From positions 4,852,422 to 4,916,421 of the forward strand of contig NC_092678.1 of NCBI RefSeq assembly GCF_964355755.1: a DNA stretch of 64,000 nucleotides, read 5' to 3'. How positions within the stretch are numbered: the first letter of the stretch is position 1; every line of letters begins with the position of its first letter. The notes beneath the pieces were generated by a model. It had not been told where the DNA came from and made no database searches. It saw only the letters and a program-made list of their open reading frames with translations. Positions 1 through 12,800 of this stretch are shown here, one piece after another. The position numbers were made by a program, and so were the translations under genes. Source of the stretch: Antedon mediterranea (Eukaryota > Animalia > Echinodermata).

Positions 1-339
1 AAACGAAATATAGCCTATATTCATTCCTTTTAAATATTAGGCATATTGCCAAGGCTAATAATCGATTTGTCCATAATTATTGCGTTTTGCCGGGGGTTTT
101 CCATAATCTAAGGCCAATTTTTAGGCCAAATCATAATTGTGCGTATAGTGTTGTATTTCCGATGCTTGTAGTACTGTACCCTATTTATCTTCATTTCCGT
201 ACGTTCGTAAATAGGCCGAATTTCCATAGTAATTTATAGACGTTCCAAAATTTGAACCGTGTTATACCGGTAACAGAGCAAAGTTTGCTTCTTTCTGCAA
301 ATTTCCTATCATTATTTTCTTTGTTTTATTTGGAGTGTG

Positions 340-739
340 GTTTAAAACAACCCTTTTGTAAAGTTTATAGTGGATAAATAAAAATGAATTTTTGGAAAAT
401 GTGGTTTTAACATCTGACTTTATTTAGCATTTTTAAATGAATTAAAATTCCAAATTATACAATTTAACCTTTTGCTCAATATATTTATAGCAACAGCTTC
501 ATATTTTTTGTACAACTTTTTAAAATTATTAATTGATAATTAATTTACATTAATTGAGTACAGTTATTAGAATGTATTACCGTACCAAAAGTACCTTAAT
601 CGGAGACTTCCCCGTGACGTTTGCATTGAACGAAAAAAAATTTATCATAAATTTAACAATTTGCTTGCTCAAATACTCAGTGTCTACAGCCCTGGAGTCT
701 TTGGGCAACCCTCTTAAAATAGTCCTGCGACCGCCCCTG
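340..739. mobile_element. Right-hand part of a non-autonomous DNA transposon (same family as 10660-11714)
   Basis: Closely similar to ~11185-11714 (tatagtggataaataaaaat...aaaatagtcctgcga) and ends in CCGCCCCTG, the reverse complement of the family's left terminus CAGGGGCGG. No left terminus was seen in the window. Confidence 0.7.
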
Positions 740-1149
740 ATAGCTCTATCTATATTTATTTACAGCAATTTGTTGAGGAAACTAAATATATCAATGTAAA
801 TAGGTGGTATTGATACAGTTGAGTAGGCCTACGTATCGGCTGGTGGTCTAGACAAAAATAATCGAATGCCATAGGCCTAATGTAAACTACAGTACATGAT
901 ACCATAGATATTATAGTGTAATATATTAAATTCACTATAATCCTCTATGATGATGATACACTATACTTCATAGCCACACATAAATATTGTAGGTAACCGC
1001 AGCGTTCCATTTTTTGATGTACGTCGGAAGGCTATATACTTTATGCATGCTGACTGCCAGTGATGGAAACAATAGGTACGCGGTTGTCTAGCGGTGTTCT
1101 TTGTACGATTCGTTCGTGCGGCGCCCAAGCTCGCGTCAATATCATGTTA

Positions 1150-1557
1150 AGCCCGGCGCACACTAGAGCTTTCGGCTGAGCCAACTGGGCACGAGTAACA
1201 CTTGGCTCACTAAAAAATTTGCCGCAAATTGTGATCGCGTTCTATCGGACGCACACTAAACGCCTTCACTACGCGATTTTCTGATTGGATAATTACTTAC
1301 TGCGCTATACAGCACGCGCTGAAATATCATAATAAATCAGAACATGTCATGCGCAGTGGAATTTTTTAGTGAGCAGGAAGCTCAAGTTCGGCGCACACTT
1401 GAGGAAAATGGCACGCGTGCCAAAAAATATTAAACACGATAGATATTTTCCTCAGCGGCATGCGTGGCCGATTCCTCACGAAATCCCCGGCGCACACTTG
1501 AGGCAAGTGTTACTCGTGCCAGTTGGCTCAGCCGGAAGCTCTAGTGTGCGCCGGGCT
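1150..1557. mobile_element. MITE with ~60-bp terminal inverted repeats and TTA target duplication (PIF/Harbinger-like)
   Basis: Ends are AGCCCGGCGCACACTAGAGCTT...AAGCTCTAGTGTGCGCCGGGCT, flanked by TTA at 1147-1149 and 1558-1560. Confidence 0.85.
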
Positions 1558-1851
1558 TTACATCCTGGGACCAAACATTCGTATTATTTTTCAGTTTAAA
1601 ATCGGCAACCAATTCATTTGTTTAACAATAAGGTATGAGTTATTCACGAACGAGTTTACGAATTTTTCAATTTACAATCAACCTTTTGTATTGTGGGGCA
1701 CACGTATTTGGAGGATTTTCAGAGATGAGGGTGTGGTGAGGTATTGGCGATGTCGGGGATAGGGGTTCGCAGTCGGTTAAGGGGGGGGGGGGGGTCGCTG
1801 TAAAGGGGGGTTCGCCCGAACCATAAAACCCCCCCCTGGCTACGGGCCTGT

Positions 1852-1998
1852 GCTTTACGAGAGATACTCGGGATGCTATCTCTTACTGCGGCGTCCACAA
1901 TATCTAAGAAGCCATCCCAGGATGAGTTCACGTCATCGTTCTCCATAAATGCACACTAGCGAGATTAAGTGGATAAGGTGTTCGCAATCACCCATTGA
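1852..1998 (-). mobile_element. Short decayed non-LTR (CR1-like) ORF2 fragment
   Basis: Translation DDVNSSWDGFLDIVDAAVRDSIP resembles the linker between endonuclease and RT in CR1/L2 ORF2. Confidence 0.35.
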
Positions 1999-2127
1999 GT
2001 GTTGCAGAAACTTGCGCAAGACAGAGTTCTTAGGATGACTGGTGTGGAAGTTAAAATTGATAGTAACAGAATAATGGTGGTGAGGATAAGCCATTTATGC
2101 CTTCCAGCTTTAATTGAAATGCAGATC

Positions 2128-2545
2128 ACTTCAAGTCGTTCATCCTCAAGTCGTGCGTTCTCAAGTCATTCATCATCCAGTTGTTCGTCCTCAAGTCGTT
2201 CATCATTAAGTCGTTCATTTTTCAAGTCGTTTATCTTAAAGTCGTTCAATCTCAAGTCGTTCGTCATTAAGTCGTTCGTCCTCAAGTCAATTGTCCCCAA
2301 GTCGTTCATCATCAAGTCGTTCGTCCTCAAGTCGTACGTTCTTAAGTCGTTCGTCTTTAAGTCGTTCGTCTTTAAGTCGTTCGTCTTTAAGTCGTTCGTC
2401 TTTAAGTCGTTCATCATTAAGTCGTTCGTCCTCAAGTCAATTGTTCCCAAGTCGTTCATCATCAAGTCGTTCGTCCTCAAGTCGTACGTTCTTCAGTCGT
2501 TCGTCTTTAAGTCGTTCATCATTAGGTCGTTCGTCCTCAAATCAT
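2128..2545. repeat. 15-bp minisatellite (AAGTCGTTCGTCYTY)n
   Basis: Direct tandem repeats with 15-bp period. They explain the KSFVF/TNDLK/SRSSL periodic ORFs. Confidence 0.95.
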
Positions 2546-3013
2546 TCTCGTTCTCCCCCTCCAATAACACTAGGCTAGGTTATGTTACTTACTGTTCCTG
2601 AAGCTGCTACATATAGGCAATAATGCGGCATTATTAGGCCAATGTATATGTCTGACTAAGAGGGGCTTCTAATACTGATATGAAATATTATGTACTTGAT
2701 GCTAACGTTATGTTTTAATTTTGTTGATTTTTAAATGTTCGTTTTGTGTCATTTCTTTTCAGGGGTGTAGGCCTACAAGGAGATACAAACAAGGAGGATG
2801 AATCTAGAATTATATATACTTTCTTGCGCCACAAGAAAACAAACATTGTTTTGCATCTTAAAGACAACTAGAGACTTTAAACTGAACAACACAGCAAAAA
2901 TATTCCACTAAGTTGCTGTTCTTCGATCATCATTCATACTTTGGAAGCTTTTACAAAAGATAACAATTTACCTACGACTATATGAACGTTTGCATAGCGA
3001 AATTGATTTTGGG

Positions 3014-3051
3014 CATGAGGACAATCAAAGCATATTGATCGAAACGTCAAG
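3014..3051 (+). mobile_element. Degenerate hammerhead-ribozyme-like motif (Penelope pLTR type), copy 1
   Basis: Sequence catgagga-caatcaa-agcata-ttgatc-gaaac-gtc. Related copies lie at 25124, 37764 and 45055-45185. Confidence 0.45.
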
Positions 3052-3880
3052 AACCTAATGAACATATAAACAAATAATATTATTCAATAACATTTGTGTA
3101 TACTGTATAAGATGGTCCCAACAACTAGTGTATAAAAATTATTCTTAAATAAAACAAGTAGAATAGCTAAATTTCGACCCTTTTATTTGTTGACGTGACT
3201 GGATACTAACACAAAATATGATCATAAACAAGTAACCTGCGAAAGGTTAGGGGTCAAAGTTATTGCAAGTGACCTCTGACCTTTAACCCATAACCGTCGA
3301 CAGGCTACTTGTCTACAGTCTACTTGTACTTGGATGCTACTATACGTGGACGCAAGCTAATGCAAAATATGAATTGTCTAGTATAAACATTTTTAAAAAC
3401 CAAATTTAATTTTAAAACCAATTTATTTCTGGATATTTATTAAGTTCATACAATAGTTTTATAAAATTATGTCATGTCACATTTAGCCTCCATATAAATT
3501 TTGCATAAAATCTTGGCAATTCAAAGCAACATTAAAACATGATGCGTTCACTTCCATAAAGATTATTTAAAAATGTGAATAACAATACTTAAGTAATTAA
3601 CTTCTAAATAAAATCTAACTAATGATTGTCGACGCTAAAAAAAATCCTTATGTAGAAAAGTGCATTAAGTTAGGACAGTAACAAGTAGTGTTACGTGTCT
3701 ATGTTAAGGCTGCAGTAATTAAGTAAAGATACAGTATTAATTGTAATTAGAATGTTTAGATTTAAGATATACAACTTTAAGATGATAAAATGACTAAAAA
3801 ATACATTTTTATATTCTATAAATACCTTTTTAAAAATACTAGAATGTCACTAAAGATAAATGTACAATAGAATACTGTCT

Positions 3881-6800
3881 TTACTTAGATTGAGTTGAGT
3901 TGGCTCGGCCATATAAATATATTGCTAACATAACCAAACTAGCTCCAATTGAAAACTGCAGGTTTAAGGTGAAGTTGAAAAAATAAACGGACGCCAACGT
4001 AGATAAAATAATACTAAAAGATGTCGCAAAACCTTTCAATATATTATCAGCGTATTTAACAACTACGGCCACGAGAAGTCCACCGAGAGCTTGCAGACCG
4101 ATCACTAACCAAACATAGTGGGTATAGCCATAAAAGAAGCCTTTCTCCTCAATAGCACTACCATCTTTCAACCACATTGCTCCTAAACCAAGAATAGCTC
4201 CTAGTAGGCCTAGTTGAATATTTCGTAGCCAGAGAGATGTTTGCGATCCCTTCAAGATTTTTTCAAAATAAACTCCTGCGAAGCCTGAAGAAATACAAGA
4301 GGCTATAACAGCGAGTAAACCCAGGAGTGGACTTTGTTCGGTGTGTATAGCCTCTCCAGCACGCTTGCTTGGGTCCGTAGGTTGAACTTGTACGATTGCG
4401 ACTCCGATAAAAAGAAGCAACAAAGCGAACCATTGACCCCATACTAAAGAACGTTTAAGCATAAGTACGGAAAATAACGCTGTTGTTAAAATCTTCAGTT
4501 GATATGAAACCTGAAAATAAAATAATATACATGGTTGGAATATTTGAATAATAAATTATGTATCAATTTTGTTTTATATTAAGCGGTCAATCCATTTTTT
4601 TTACCGCAGATTGTATTATTATTATTATTATGTTAGCAGAAGGTCATTTGGTCAACTGTTATTTACAAACCCCTTTAAAACACTTTGTTTTAACAAATAT
4701 TTTATTAATTTTGACAGTGAATAGGACACAACTGATTTGCATCTAACTTGCATAAACGAGTATTTTCTGTTTAACTTGTTTATTGTTGTTTATGGTAATA
4801 AACATTTATTGTACAGACAATTAATAAATTTGACAAAAAAATTATAATAACTTTAAAGAACAATGATTGTGCTTAGTTTAATTGAAAATTAAAATAATTA
4901 AATCTTTTATAACAGACAGGAAATCTCTTAATATTTAACAGGAAGTTACAGCAGTGCAGTATGGGATACCAACTTCCTGCACGAGTTGGCCACATCCCAA
5001 CAAAAAACATTAAACATACAGATACAAATTTCCCAACATTGACATACTGTACTGTAGACATGCCTTTTCTTTTGAGGTGAGCGAGTGCAATCACTCGCCT
5101 AACACACTCCTAAAATGCCCTTGAGGTGAGCGAGTGCAATCACTCACCTAACACACTCCTAAACTGCCCTTGAGGTGAGCGAGTGCAATCACTCACCTAA
5201 TACACTCCTAAACTGCCCTTGAGGTGAGCGAGTGCAATCACTCACCTAACACACTCCTAAACTGCCCTTGAGGTGAGCGAGTGCAATCACTCACCTAACA
5301 CACTCCTAAACTGCCCTTGAGGTGAGCGAGTGCAATCACTCACCTAACACACTCCTAAACTGCCCTTGAGGTGAGCGAGTGCAATCACTCACCTAACACA
5401 CTCCTAAACTGCCCTTGAGGTGAGCGAGTGCGATCACTCACCTAACACACTCCTAAACTGCCCTTGATGTGAGCGAGTGCAATCACTCACCTAACACACT
5501 CCTAAACTGCCCTTGAGGTGAGCGAGTGCAATCACTCACCTAACAGTAACACACTCCTAAACTGCCCTGGAGGTGAGCGAGTGCAATCACTCACCTAACA
5601 CACTCCTAAACTGCCCTTGAGGTGAGCGAGTGCAATCACTCACCTAACACACTCCTAAACTGCCCTTGAGGTGAGCAAGTGCAATCACTCACCTAACACA
5701 CTCCTAAACTGCCTTTGAGGTGAGCGAGTGCAATCACTCACCTAACACACTCCTAAACTGCCCTTGAGGTGAGCGAGTGCGATCACTCACCTAACACACT
5801 CCTAAACTGCCCTTGAGGTGAGCGAGTGCAATCACTCACCTAACACACTCCTAAACTGCCCTTGAGGTGAGCGAGTGCGATCACTCACCTAACACACTCC
5901 TAAACTGCCCTTGAGGTGAGCGAGTGCAATCACTCACCTAACACACTCCTAAACTGCCCTTGAGGTGAGCGAGTGCAATCACTCACCTAACACACTCCTA
6001 AACTGCCCTTGAGGTGAGCGAGTGCGATCACTCACCTAACACACTCCTAAACTGCCCTTGAGGTGAGCGAGTGCGATCACTCACCTAACACACTCCTAAA
6101 CTGCCCTTGATGTGAGCGAGTGCAATCACTCACCTAACACACTCCTAAACTGCCCTTGAGGTGAGCGAGTGCAATCACTCACCTAACACACTCCTAAACT
6201 GCCCTTGAGGTGAGCGAGTGCGATCACTCACCTAACACACTCCTAAACTGCCCTTGAGGTGAGCGAGTGCGATCACTCACCTAACACACTCCTAAACTGC
6301 CCTTGAGGTGAGCGAGTGCAATCACTCACCTAACACACTCCTAAACTGCCCTTGAGGTGAGCGAGTGCAATCACTCACCTAACACACTCCTAAACTGCCC
6401 TTGAGGTGAGCGAGTGCGATCACTCACCTAACACACTCCTAAACTGCCCTTGAGGAGTGCGATTTACAACACGCTTAAATTTCATAAACTTCTACACACC
6501 CAAATACAAACGGCACACTTTACAGCATCCCTGAATGTATTAAGGAGTGCAATTTATACAACTTTATAAACTTGTCAATATATCACCCACTATACGACCC
6601 CGGGAGAGGTGCGTCATTTACAAATATTAAATTACTGACGCAGGGGTGAGTCAAAAAACCTAGATGGTAAGTCACATCAATAAACAAGGTGTGTCAATGT
6701 CCGTCACTTTACAACCCCCCATATCATAATCAATATGGTCACAGTGCGTCAAAGTCACCTAATGATAAGTCACATTTTTTATGCATGGGTGCGTTATTCA

Positions 6801-9800
6801 TAAGGTATGACACACATCGGACAAATGACGCACCTCTCCCATGGGTCATATAGTGGGTCATACAATTGACAAGTGCATTACTGTACTGTCTTTTCTCCCC
6901 ATGGACATTTCCCCAGGGACGTTTCGATAGGGATTTTTCCATAGGGACGTTTCTCCAGGGTCTCTTCTCCAGGGTCTTTCCCCAGGATCTCTTCTCCAGG
7001 GTCTTTTCCAAGGGCCTTTTCTCCAGGGTCTTATATAATTCATTGTCTTTCAAACCTTACCTGAAATGTTGCAGCACTTAGATTAGATACAGCGACAAAG
7101 AGCAAGTTATTCTGAAGCATATAAATAAATGCTGGGACAGCTACTTTTAAAGTATCCAATGGTTGGTCTATAATGTTTTGTTTAAGATAACGTCCAAGCT
7201 CCACAGGCCTGAATTTATGCTCCACAAGCAAGATAATGAGACACGTAGTCATTTTAACGGCTTCTGTGACGACGACCGCAGTTGTTGAGAAGTACATATC
7301 ACCTGGTAGGTTACGTGTGTATCGCATTGTTAAAATTAAGAGACAGTTCTGAAAGACGAGTAGAACCAGACTGACGTACTTCATGTTAAACCAAGCTGAA
7401 TTGCCTGAAGAAAAATAATATAAATATGATAATAAAACATTTAAAAAAAAGAATTTATAAACTGTTCTGTGATATTATATAATGATAAACAAGGCCATAT
7501 TGATGACTGCAGTCGTGTGCTTAGTGTTTATCGACCGACCGACCAACCTACCAACCAACTGACCGAAATTACTGAACATGTTTAAAAATGTTGAAATGTT
7601 TAAAAACAGTTATATTTTTTTAATTTACATGTGCGTAGCCTGTCACTTTTGACGTGCTCGTATAACGTAATTTCGAGTTGAAAAGTAAGTCAAGAAAACA
7701 GAAATCGGGCAAAAAGAGTGCGCAAAACATTTAACGCGCAGTGCGCGCGCAAAAATCTGCACACTCATGGCAATTTTGTAAACGCTTAAAATTGCCTGAA
7801 ACGTACTCTTATTTCATCGAAAATAAATTTGGAAAATTTTAAGCGCGCGTACGCATGCGTTACATGCGCTACGCACTGTATTGCCATATGATGATTTATG
7901 CCCTGAAATTTATGAGTACCAAATTTTATTTAATTGTGATTCATGGTTGTGAAGATATGATTACAAACGTGATTTCGTTAAATCGTGCGTAGACCGCGTA
8001 ATTTTTTATTGCGCACCGTGAAAACATAACCACATCCTGGCCATAAGGAATATACTGTGAAAAATTGACTTAGCTAGATTAAACTGATATCAAGATAAGG
8101 TCAGAAAGCGATAAAACGCATAGTGATACCGGACCGACAGACCGACCGACCGACATAGTGAACTATTGAGTCGCTTCCACGCGACTAAAAATAACACTGT
8201 AGTTTATATATTTAAGTACAATATTTTTATTTATTTTATTTCATCATCAGCAAAAAGAGTGCGCAAAACATTTAACGCGCAGTGCGCGCGCAAAAATCTG
8301 CACACTCATGGCAATTTTGTAAACGCTTAAAATTGCCTGAAACGTACTCTTATTTCATCGAAAATAAATTTGGAAAATTTTAAGCGCGCGTACGCATGCG
8401 TTACATGCGCTACGCACTGTATTGCCATATGATGATTTATGCCCTGAAATTTATGAGTACCAAATTTTATTTAATTGTGATTCATGGTTGTGAAGATATG
8501 ATTACAAACGTGATTTCGTTAAATCGTGCGTAGACCGCGTAATTTTTTATTGCGCACCGTGAAAACATAACCACATCCTGGCCATAAGGAATATACTGTG
8601 AAAAATTGACTTAGCTAGATTAAACTGATATCAAGATAAGGTCAGAAAGCGATAAAACGCATAGTGATACCGGACCGACAGACCGACCGACCGACATAGT
8701 GAACTATTGAGTCGCTTCCACGCGACTAAAAATAACACTGTAGTTTATATATTTAAGTACAATATTTTTATTTATTTTATTTCATCATCAGCAAAAAGAG
8801 TGCGCAAAACATTTAACGCGCAGTGCGCGCGCAAAAATCTGCACACTCATGGCAATTTTGTAAACGCTTAAAATTGCCTGAAACGTACTCTTATTTCATC
8901 GAAAATAAATTTGGAAAATTTTAAGCGCGCGTACGCATGCGTTACATGCGCTACGCACTGTATTGCCATATGATGATTTATGCCCTGAAATTTATGAGTA
9001 CCAAATTTTATTTAATTGTGATTCATGGTTGTGAAGATATGATTACAAACGTGATTTCGTTAAATCGTGCGTAGACCGCGTAATTTTTTATTGCGCACCG
9101 TGAAAACATAACCACATCCTGGCCATAAGGAATATACTGTGAAAAATTGACTTAGCTAGATTAAACTGATATCAAGATAAGGTCAGAAAGCGATAAAACG
9201 CATAGTGATACCGGACCGACAGACCGACCGACCGACATAGTGAACTATTGAGTCGCTTCCACGCGACTAAAAATAACACTGTAGTTTATATATTTAAGTA
9301 CAATATTTTTATTTATTTTATTTCATCATCAGCCTACAGTGACCATACATCACCATTAACAGGGTTGAAAGACACAAAATATAATATAATGTACAAGCAA
9401 AAATCGAAAAAAAAAAAAACTATTCAAGTTATTCAAACAAGTTCTTGATAATGTTGGAATGGTCAGACAAGCCTTCATTAACAACTCGAAGGCCAGCTTA
9501 TTTTGAATCGGCACTATTTATTATATGTCATCTAGAACACTTAGAGTCAGATTAAATTTGTATACTATAAAAATCAACAGATATCAAGACAAAATTTAGA
9601 TACAGTATTAGTGACATTAAACAAAACCTTATGATGGAAACAAGCAAGCGAACCAAAAAAAATATCAACAGATCCATCAACTTTACATAGTGAGTGGTAT
9701 AACTTAGGCAAACGATTAACAAAATCATTTTTTTTTAGTAATATTTACCCTCCCCCTTGATTTGGAAAATAAAACCGGATTACGCAATTGATGAAACAAA

Positions 9801-12800
9801 AATAGGAAAGTACACTTCAAAATTATCATGAAAAATTGAGTTCAAAAGGAAAAATTAAATCAAATAACTTACGCCTATCCACTAAATTAATAAATAAAAC
9901 CAAATTTACATGTGTAAAATGGACAAATTGCAAAAGTTGCACACTTAACCTAGAATAGAAAACTGGGCAAGAGAAATAGAGTTGAAAATAAAACTGCAGA
10001 ATTCAAGATTCGACCTAACTGAAGATTTGTATAAAATAACTAAAGGCTTTTTATCATTAATATTGCTTGTTTTTGAGTGTTTTTATGTTTATAAAAGGAA
10101 ACCCAAAAGTCTATTGCATTTAGAGACTATAAAATCAATATGTTTACAAAAATTTAATGAACTATCTAAAAAAATACCAAAATCTTTGTGAACAAAACAC
10201 TCTTTCAAGTAAAATATTATTAATAAAAAGTCAAAATAGATGAGTTTTTTCTTAAGAGTAAAAGACATTGATTTGCATTTAGAGGCATTGACTGACATAT
10301 TTATGTATTCCAAGTGTCGCACCAGTGAATGAGTCTTGTAACAACATATCATTTAAGGTTTGTACAGACTTAAATAATTTAATACGTGTCAGCAAACATA
10401 AGAACATTAGAATGACGAGGAACAAAAGAAAAATCATTGATAAAAATAAAACAAAAGAAGCCCCAAAATAGACAGGTACGGCAGATAAAACTGGAAGCCA
10501 TTCAGACGTGTTGCCATCAAAAGTTACTCTCTGAAACCTGCTCGATAAATAACTTGTACAACATAAAATAAGATAATGATTTAAGCCAAATTATTGGAGT
10601 TTTAAAAAGAGCAACTTATGGGAGACCCTGTCAAAGGCTTTTGCCATACTGTATCTGTACAGGGGCGGACCCAGGGTGTTGCCCGGGCCCGGGCAACACC
10701 CTTAAATTCATACTAAATGTTTCTGCCATTAAATAAAATTGAGTCCCATTTCACCGTATACAATATCTATATTTATACGTTATAGAAGTCCAGACTTGGC
10801 AGAATGCATACATTATGAAAATTATTAGGTTCACCACTAGTGGTGAACCTACTGTAATGTTTCAAATTCCGTGAGATTTTAATGCTCAAGTTGAGTTCTT
10901 GGAAGTTTTGGAATCCTTAGGACTAGTAGAATTCATTGCAACTGGGGGCCAATTTTTCCAGACCCTATTTTGGCTGCCATCTTAGATTTCAAAATGGCCC
11001 AAATTTTTTACTCAAAACTGATAGTAGCTCCTATTGTAAATCATGTACGAAAATAAATAGCATGGCAACCATAATTTGATGATTAAATACATAAATGCAT
11101 ACATTATATACGTTTTTAATGGCGGTCATCTTGGAATCCAATATGGCTGCCATATGCTATTATTATAAATTGTACCATTGGACTGATTTTAAACAACACT
11201 TTTTTACCGTCTATAGTGGATAAATAAAAATTTAGCATTTAATTCAAAATAATAGGCCTACTGTACAATTTGACGTTTTGCTCAATATATTTATAGCAGC
11301 AGCTTCATATTTTTGTATAACTTTTTAAAATTATTGATAATTAATTTGCATTAATTGATTACAGTTATTAGAATTTATTACCATACCAGAAGTACCTTCA
11401 TCGGGGACTTTCTCGTGACGTTTGCATTGAATGAAAACAAAATTTATCCTAATGTTATCCATATGTTTTATTACCGGTGGAATAATATAGGCTACAATCC
11501 TTTGTTTGCTAGCGCACTATAGAGTGAGTGACATTTCCGGCGAACTACTGTAGAGGTGCAATTTATCATGAATACAGCAGTCATCTAGGGGTGTCATTTA
11601 ACCATTTGCTTCGCCACAGGCCCTACGATTGGGGTCCTATGGCTCAAATATTCAGTGTCTACAGCCTGGGACTCTTTGGGCTACCCTCTTAAAATAGTCC
11701 TGCGACAGCCCCTGCTGTACATGTATCAACTTCGCATTGACCCTTTGCATTTATTGTATCATACGCATGTGACAACAGAACAGACAAATTGGTTTCACAA
11801 GACCTTCCTGGGTAAAATCTGTGTTGATGGTCACTAATAACTGGCGATATGATTACAAATTTGGTCATGTACTGTACAATACAGACAAAAGAATACAGTA
11901 GTAGGCAACAACGAAACTGGTCAATAATTGCGTACTGTACATCAGATTTAGAACCAGTTTAAAAATAGGGCACACGTTGGATTGCTTCCATTTTAACGGA
12001 AAACGTTCTTTAGAAATACATCTTTCAAATAAAATTTGACAGAAAGAAGAAAGAAGTTTGGCAGCTAAAGACAAAACAATATTACTTAGACCATCATTAC
12101 CTGAGGCCTTATGAGAATCAATTCCATTAATGTGCTTTTCTATACCTCCTGATGAAACTCAAGTTTATAAAAGATTAGAAATATCTAAATCGTTATTATC
12201 AGGGCTAAAAACAGAATAAAAAATGTATTAAGTAAGTTGGCTTTGTTTTTTACAGTGTAAGCTGATTGATTATGAAATTGTAGTTCCGAAGGTATGTTAT
12301 TATTATTTTTTCTTGAGGATTTTATCCATGACCAAAAACATTCGGATACGATCTACAAAGACCTAAATATGTTAATTCTATGGATGTAAATTCTAAAAGT
12401 TTTAGGCATTTTCAATGTATTAGTAGTAGCTCTACATTTATCATTCTTTTTAGGTGAAAATAAATCAAATATGATGCAAGCAATTAACAGTGGTACCGTA
12501 AATCTTTTAATACTAGTAACCCTTCTTCTAATAGTAACCTACCTTATAAATCAATCTATTAATAACCCACTACTCTAATACAGTAGTAACCCATGGGGTT
12601 AATATTAGAGTCACAAAAACTATTGACAAAATAACATGAAGACTGGTCGTTTATGATGCAGCCGAATTTTGAAAATGAGGAGATAATGCATGTTGATCTC
12701 GGGAGTGGGAGAGGATTGAGTATTTTTGAGTTTATAAAATAAAGTTTGTTTATTCAGACTGTTTTATTATTTTGCTACAACAGTATGTATGATTTGCTGA

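Noticed and set aside
1999-2601. 200-aa, 104-aa and 95-aa repetitive ORFs
   Set aside because: These are by-products of a stop-poor 15-bp minisatellite that is open on both strands.
5072-6460. CRISPR-like array (palindromic repeat with regular period)
   Set aside because: Units are contiguous and near-identical with no unique spacers. There are no cas genes and the context is a eukaryotic intron.
6739-7081. ORFs with KR-rich repeats resembling a neuropeptide precursor (LEKRPW)
   Set aside because: There is no signal peptide. They derive from a 14-bp intronic repeat beside the SLC35A2 donor.
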